Under the pieces are notes generated by a model. That model was not told the origin of the DNA and searched no databases. It saw only the letters and a program-made list of their open reading frames with translations. 56,238 nucleotides of DNA, from assembly GCA_023380415.1 (NCBI GenBank), contig JAMCRC010000025.1, positions 1-56,238 of the forward strand, given 5' to 3'. Shown piece after piece: positions 51,287-56,238 of this stretch. The stretch's first letter is position 1, and the number at the start of each line of letters is the position of its first letter. Position numbers and translations under genes: made by a program. Source of the stretch: Patescibacteria group bacterium. Lineage in GTDB: Bacteria > Patescibacteriota > Minisyncoccia > UBA6257 > GWB1-50-10.

Positions 51287-52777
51287 TTATTCTCCTTTGA
51301 GGTCTATAACGTTGCCTTCCACCTTCGGTTCCGGCCTCTTGATGGCCCCTAATATGGCCGGCCCATCGGAGGTCGAATCTCCCTTAGGAGGTTCGACCTC
51401 CCCAATATTCTCCGTCGCGGGACTCTGACTCGCAGGCATCTTCATAACGTCATTCCGAGCCATTGGCGAGGAACCCACTTTTGGTGCGGCGAAGACCTTA
51501 TCCGGAACCTCTTCCGCTTTCGGCTTGATGACCACGGACGGCCTCTCGTTCACCTCCGGTCCGGCCGGTTTGGTTTCGGCGGCGAGCGGCGCCGGCGTCT
51601 CCGTAAGCGGCTTCGCCTCCCCCACATTAAGGAAAGAGGGCTCCTCGAAGGATGTAAGCGGAGTCCTGGTCTCGCTGTAATGGACGACGCGCTTTTCTTC
51701 CGGCTTGACGCCTGGTATCTCGAGCTTCGCGAAGGGCGACCTGGTCTCGTTGCCCTGAGGCCGTTTCTTGAGGAAAAAACCTCCGATCGGCGAAATAACG
51801 CTTCGGATGGCCGGTCTTCCGACGACCGTTCCGGGCGCCTCTTCCTCGTGGAGGATGAAAGGGGCGTCCGGTTTCTTTTCTTTGAGTGTGACGCCCGCCG
51901 CCGGCGCGGCCTCGACCGGGATCGGTTCGGCTTGGGTTTCGCCTATATTCTCGATGGATATCACCTTCTCTTTCGGCCCCTCGCCTTCCCCGCCGGCCGG
52001 TTCGTAGATGGAGCTGATGGAGCCGGTGAGCCCGCCGATGACGCCCGCCCGGATGTCGGCCGCTATTTCGGCGCAAACCCGGCGGTCTATCCCGGTTTTC
52101 TCCTCGATGGTCTTTTCCAGATCGTCCATATGGACGAAGCCGAGTATCACTTGGCCGGCCATGGCCGCCACCTGGGCCGTCTTGCCGTCGCTCAAATGGT
52201 GATTGGTGCAGGTGCGGTAAATGGCCTGCGAATTCTCATAGGAATAAAGGGCCTGCTGCAGATCGTCTGTCACGAAACGGTAACGCTTCAAATATTTTCC
52301 GCCTTCCTCGTTGCCTGAGGCGTTCGGATCGAGACCGGTGATCTGCGCCGGCGCGGCGATGATGAAACTGTAGATCGACGGTCTCTCGGCCTTGAGCCAA
52401 TCGAGCTTACCGCTCCCAGTATCCCCCGGAACGGTTTGCCAGAAGAGCCGCTGGAATTCTTCCTGGGAACGGGGCGAAAGATCTTGGAGCACGACGCTCA
52501 ACGATTTGCCGTTCGCGCTCCCCAGTACGGCCCGGACGATCTCCGGCCTCACGCTCTTTTGCCAGTCGTCCTCATTAAGGTCCCCGAGGACCATCGGGAT
52601 TCCCGCGAACACATCCTCCCAGTCCACTCCCTGCCATTCCTCCAAGGAGAAATCGCCGAAAGCGTCCTCGAGCGCTTTCTCGGCCGGAGAGAATTGTTTC
52701 TTTTGCAGGGGGTCCCAGACCGCGTCGTCCCAGACCGGGAGTATGTTAAGTATTGTTTGGATGTCGTCTTCCATCAT
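51287..52777 (-). CDS. hypothetical protein: acidic Trp-rich N-domain plus Pro/Glu/Lys-rich disordered C-half
   Basis: 496 aa with no TM helix. Its stop abuts the PrgI-like start. No domain recognised. Confidence 0.6.
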   Translation of the reverse strand: MMEDDIQTILNILPVWDDAVWDPLQKKQFSPAEKALEDAFGDFSLEEWQGVDWEDVFAGIPMVLGDLNEDDWQKSVRPEIVRAVLGSANGKSLSVVLQDLSPRSQEEFQRLFWQTVPGDTGSGKLDWLKAERPSIYSFIIAAPAQITGLDPNASGNEEGGKYLKRYRFVTDDLQQALYSYENSQAIYRTCTNHHLSDGKTAQVAAMAGQVILGFVHMDDLEKTIEEKTGIDRRVCAEIAADIRAGVIGGLTGSISSIYEPAGGEGEGPKEKVISIENIGETQAEPIPVEAAPAAGVTLKEKKPDAPFILHEEEAPGTVVGRPAIRSVISPIGGFFLKKRPQGNETRSPFAKLEIPGVKPEEKRVVHYSETRTPLTSFEEPSFLNVGEAKPLTETPAPLAAETKPAGPEVNERPSVVIKPKAEEVPDKVFAAPKVGSSPMARNDVMKMPASQSPATENIGEVEPPKGDSTSDGPAILGAIKRPEPKVEGNVIDLKGE

Positions 52778-52786
52778 ATGGGTTGG

Positions 52787-54688
52787 TTATTTTTTGCCGC
52801 CGCCCTCCCCGCCGCCGGCCGGTTTGGCGCCGCTTTCGGGCTTCTTCTCGCCGCCCTCGCCGCCCTCTTCATAAACCTCCTTCATCAGCTTTTCGATCTT
52901 GTCGGTCTTGCCTTCGGTCTCGCCGAACGACCGGTTGGTCACGCCGTAGACCTGGCCGAGTCGGGTCTCGGCGATCGGCGACCCCTTGAACTTCTTGCCG
53001 CGCGTGGCTTTCATTGTCGCCTCGGCCTTCACGAACTCTTCGCGGGCCTTCTTCGGCAGTTGGGCCATGATCTCCGCCATATCCCGGACCGCATCGACGG
53101 CTCCCTTGGTGTCCTCGGTCACTTTCTCCCGGTTGGCGATGGCCTTTGCGAGCGCCTCTCTGGCGGGACCGCTCTTCTTGAGATCGCCCTCCTTTTCGGC
53201 CGCGGCAAGGGCGGCTTCGGCATCCTCGACCTGGGTCGCCGCCATCCGGCGTTTTTCGAGCGCGGTTTCCGCGGCGTCATCGCGCTTCCGTTTCTCTTTC
53301 ATGACCTTCATGGCGTAGGCGACTCGGCTGGGATTGTCCATGCTGTAATATTGTCGTCCGCCCTCCCTCAGGTCCTTGGGGATCTTTTTATTGGCATCCG
53401 ATACCAATTTCTCGTATTTGGCCCGTTGATTGGACAAAACGTTGCCGGTGTTCCTGACCGGCGCTCCCAACCAACGCAGGCCGCGAGGAAGGTCTTGACC
53501 GAATCTTTGAAGGCCGCCCACGACATTGCGTCCTCTTTCCGTCCGCAGAGGATAGGTGGCGGCTCTTTGAGCCAGACGGGTCGATGTGTTCTTCGCCCAT
53601 TTCTTGGTGCTGTCACCCACTCCTTTGGCGAGCTTAATGGCTCCCGCGGCGCCCGTGATGCCCATATTCTTCGCGACGAAGAGACCGCCGATCATGAGCC
53701 CGCAGAGGATGATCATCTTGATGCCCTGATTGAAAACATTGCTCAAAGTTCCCCCGAGCGAGGACGAGGTGTCGATGGGTAAGCTGTCGAAGAATTGGAC
53801 GCTCGTGAGAGCAAGGTAGATGAAGAAGGCGACCGCCGGAAGGAAGAAGACCCAATCGAGGAACCGGCTCCACCAGTCATGAAATATCTTATTGAGCGGC
53901 GGAAAGACCCAAAAGAGCCAGGTGATGGGGGCGGTGAGGAGCAGGATCGAGAGCATGACGTACCGGACGATGAGCATGAAGGCCAGGGCGAACATCACGA
54001 GGGCCGCGATGAGCGTAAAGACCATCGAGAAGACCAGTCCGGCAATGCCGGTCAATATCGCTTCGCCGAAACCGGAAGCGGCGCTCCCCTGGTCGGACGG
54101 GTTCGGCGGCGGCGGATTCTGGGGCGGCAGGTAAAGGGCCTGCGGTTCGAAGGCAACGGTAATGGCGGTGGCGAATTCGCTCGGGCTGCCGCCGAGCTTG
54201 CCGGCCAGAAAGACGTTCGTGAGCGAGTCCGAAAATACGATGAACGCTCCGGCGATGGTCAAACTGAAGTTCACGATGATGGCGGCCGCGATAAGCTTGG
54301 GGAGGAGGCTTTTCGCGTTGTACTCCTTGTAGCGGACGATGGTCGCCACAGCGATGATTATCATCACGAGAACGAACCCGAGGTTCGCGATGTCCCGGAG
54401 GATGGTCCAGCCGATCGTCACTATCTGATTCTGGTGGTTCAATATTTGTCCGTTCAGATTGAGGGCCACTTGGACCAGATAGCTCCCGAGGATGTAAAGG
54501 AGGCCGAACAGGAAGTTGAAGACGTAAGCGATGGCCCGGAAACCGGCGGTGACGAGGCCGGCGGGGCTCAGATCGACGCCGAAGAGCGAAACGGCGTGGG
54601 TCGTCTGCGGCAGAACCAAGAGAGGCGCGGCGATAAGAAACGCCACGGCCGCGACCTTCAAGAATTTCTTGTATTCTTTATTCTTCAT
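52787..54688 (-). CDS. VirB6/TrbL-like polytopic membrane protein with long cytoplasmic coiled-coil tail
   Basis: 633 aa. Signal/TM region plus about 7 further TM helices, including a PPQNPPPPNP loop. Then ~230 aa of charged helical tail ending GGEGGEKKPESGAKPAGGGEGGGKK. Confidence 0.65.
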   Translation of the reverse strand: MKNKEYKKFLKVAAVAFLIAAPLLVLPQTTHAVSLFGVDLSPAGLVTAGFRAIAYVFNFLFGLLYILGSYLVQVALNLNGQILNHQNQIVTIGWTILRDIANLGFVLVMIIIAVATIVRYKEYNAKSLLPKLIAAAIIVNFSLTIAGAFIVFSDSLTNVFLAGKLGGSPSEFATAITVAFEPQALYLPPQNPPPPNPSDQGSAASGFGEAILTGIAGLVFSMVFTLIAALVMFALAFMLIVRYVMLSILLLTAPITWLFWVFPPLNKIFHDWWSRFLDWVFFLPAVAFFIYLALTSVQFFDSLPIDTSSSLGGTLSNVFNQGIKMIILCGLMIGGLFVAKNMGITGAAGAIKLAKGVGDSTKKWAKNTSTRLAQRAATYPLRTERGRNVVGGLQRFGQDLPRGLRWLGAPVRNTGNVLSNQRAKYEKLVSDANKKIPKDLREGGRQYYSMDNPSRVAYAMKVMKEKRKRDDAAETALEKRRMAATQVEDAEAALAAAEKEGDLKKSGPAREALAKAIANREKVTEDTKGAVDAVRDMAEIMAQLPKKAREEFVKAEATMKATRGKKFKGSPIAETRLGQVYGVTNRSFGETEGKTDKIEKLMKEVYEEGGEGGEKKPESGAKPAGGGEGGGKK

Positions 54689-54703
54689 TCTCGGTTCTGA
54701 TTT

Positions 54704-56238
54704 CTAATGCGTCGCCTGACACTGGGTTAGCTTGGTTTGACCGGCAGTGAGCGCGGCCTGGATGTTCGAGAGCGTCGTTTGGGCGTTCAGATCTAGGCCG
54801 TTGGCGCTCGATACGGTCTCGGTGATGGCGCTCGAGTTGAACTGGTCCAGTGTGCTCGAAGAGATGGTTGGTGTGTTGAGGGTCGCGAGCCACACGTTGA
54901 TCAGATTGGTCGAAGAGGCCACCTGGACCGTCATTTGATATATGCTGACCGGCGTGGAACTCACGGCGATCGTCAGGTTGCCCTGGGCCCAGCCGAGATC
55001 GGAACTGCTCGAATTGGTCCCGAGGCAGCTAACGAGCGGTTGCAACACGGCAGTGATGAGGGACTGATTCGTCGTCGAGGCCGTCTGAAGGGTCGTCGAG
55101 GCATCGGCGAGAGACTTGGCGGCCTGGTTCAGCTGGACCAGGTATTGATTCTGTATGGCTTGGTTCTGAGCGCTGTTGTACGTATCGTTGGCATTCTGAA
55201 TGTCGGGATTGTTGACGATCTGGTCGACGGTCGGGGCGCCGGCTCCGGAGGAGGGTTTGTTGCTATTCGAGGCCGAGAGCAATATCCCCTGGAGACCGTT
55301 CACGCCGGCCTTGATGAGTCGGTTGAAAGCGGCATCGGCGATCATGGCGATGGCGTTCGAAATGCTCGAGTCGTTTATGGCGAGATCGAGATTGGCGTAC
55401 AAGGCCTTGTTGAGCCCCTGCTCGAAGACCCGGCCCGGGGTCGCCACCTGCAGGTCGCCGCACTCCCAGGAAAGCTGGGAAAGGACCATGAAATCGCGGG
55501 AGTGGGTATCGACGCCCGTTTGGCTCAGAGTATCGTAGGTCATCGGCGGCGGGCTCCCCGGATCCTCATACGGCTTGCCGTTCGTGTCCGAGATGGTCTT
55601 GGCCGCTGTCAGTTTTTGCTGGTTCTGATTGTTGATGACGAACCAGTTGTAGCAGACCTGGGGAGAGTTGAACCCGACGTTCACTTGGGTCTGGAGGGCG
55701 TTCTGGGTGGTCACCTGCTGGACATTGTTGTAGAGGGCGTCCTGGGCGATTATATCCACGCCATACTGGTTATTTTGAGGCGCCAGAAGCTCGCTGTAGC
55801 CGATGAACCCGCCGACCGCGAAGTTCTGGCGGAAAGCGTTGAAGTTCGAAACGATGGAATTAAGCGTGCAGGAACTTGGCTGGTTCAGGGGCTGGGGGGC
55901 GGAGAGCTCCAAGTTCACCTTGAACGTGTAAGGCGAGCAGAGAGTCGGTAAAAGGCTTTGAGCGGTGTCGCCGACGGCCTGCTGGAAAGCCGGCTGGAAT
56001 ACTTGCTGGCCGAAGTTCGTGATGAACTGCGGCTTGCCGCCGTTATTGATCCAGGCGATTATCTCGTCGGTCATCGTATTGATGATCCTTTGCTTGAGAG
56101 CCGAAAGGAACGTCGGCAGGATCTGGTCCTCGACGAACTGCCAAGCGGACTGGGCGATCTTGGCCGGATCGATGACGATGTCGCCTATACCCAAGATGGC
56201 CTGGGCGCGGGGGGCGAAAGCGGTCTGGATCGAAGTGC
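54704..56238 (-). CDS. large Q/N/S/T-rich hypothetical protein, N-terminus beyond window
   Basis: The frame stays open from 56194 (the track's TTG) to the window end (...TSIQTAFAPRAQAILGIGDIV...). At least 511 aa with paired Cys residues. First visible gene of the T4SS-like operon. Confidence 0.6.
   Translation of the reverse strand, partial: TSIQTAFAPRAQAILGIGDIVIDPAKIAQSAWQFVEDQILPTFLSALKQRIINTMTDEIIAWINNGGKPQFITNFGQQVFQPAFQQAVGDTAQSLLPTLCSPYTFKVNLELSAPQPLNQPSSCTLNSIVSNFNAFRQNFAVGGFIGYSELLAPQNNQYGVDIIAQDALYNNVQQVTTQNALQTQVNVGFNSPQVCYNWFVINNQNQQKLTAAKTISDTNGKPYEDPGSPPPMTYDTLSQTGVDTHSRDFMVLSQLSWECGDLQVATPGRVFEQGLNKALYANLDLAINDSSISNAIAMIADAAFNRLIKAGVNGLQGILLSASNSNKPSSGAGAPTVDQIVNNPDIQNANDTYNSAQNQAIQNQYLVQLNQAAKSLADASTTLQTASTTNQSLITAVLQPLVSCLGTNSSSSDLGWAQGNLTIAVSSTPVSIYQMTVQVASSTNLINVWLATLNTPTISSSTLDQFNSSAITETVSSANGLDLNAQTTLSNIQAALTAGQTKLTQCQATH

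Noticed and set aside
1-56238. CRISPR arrays, rRNA genes, transposases/integrases, alternative genetic code.
   Set aside because: I saw no repeat-spacer periodicity, no rRNA-like conserved stretches and no recognisable recombinase motifs. TGA clearly functions as a stop at several well-supported gene ends, so code 11 applies.

Overview
56.2-kb high-GC chromosomal segment using the standard bacterial code (TGA serves as a stop). The gene content points to a Patescibacteria/CPR (Parcubacteria-like) bacterium, by inference only. Supporting traits: very compact spacing, many shortened housekeeping proteins (RnpA, YebC, YidC, a half-size MFS), a lone PilB, PBP1A, and Gram-positive-type T4SS genes. 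I call about 60 CDS, one tRNA (Arg-CCG), a tmRNA, about a dozen intrinsic terminators, a few weak promoter candidates and two unassigned structured-RNA candidates. I found no rRNA, CRISPR array, transposase or integrase. The window spans the replication-origin neighbourhood (dnaN-dnaA | rpmH-rnpA-yidC-jag, with DnaA boxes in the dnaN-dnaA spacer). Housekeeping genes include ileS, argS, smpB-ssrA, infC-rpmI-rplT, ruvA/B/C, mutM, holA, polX, a murE-like gene, PBP1A, tsaE and rpsT. There are two accessory regions. (i) The left edge (1-4.5 kb) holds an edge-truncated GHKL ATPase that the ORF track missed, an HTH protein, and a divergent small-ORF/ParB-nuclease/TraR-DksA operon. (ii) A tightly packed, at least 11.6-kb, 10-gene minus-strand operon (44.7-56.2 kb, running off the window) encodes a Gram-positive/CPR-style type IV secretion-like apparatus: a split VirB4, a PrgI/VirB3-like protein, a VirB6/TrbL-like protein, and a VirB2-type pilin fused to a Cys-rich domain. 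No relaxase or coupling protein is visible. It abuts the origin operon and runs head-on to it. Other notable points are a histidine-phosphatase domain inserted inside IleRS, an ArgRS with a degenerate HIGH motif, and a membrane-anchored Clp/Hsp100 ATPase with a degenerate D1 Walker B. Many starts were refined relative to the ORF track. All homology calls rest on motif recognition by eye, not on database searches.
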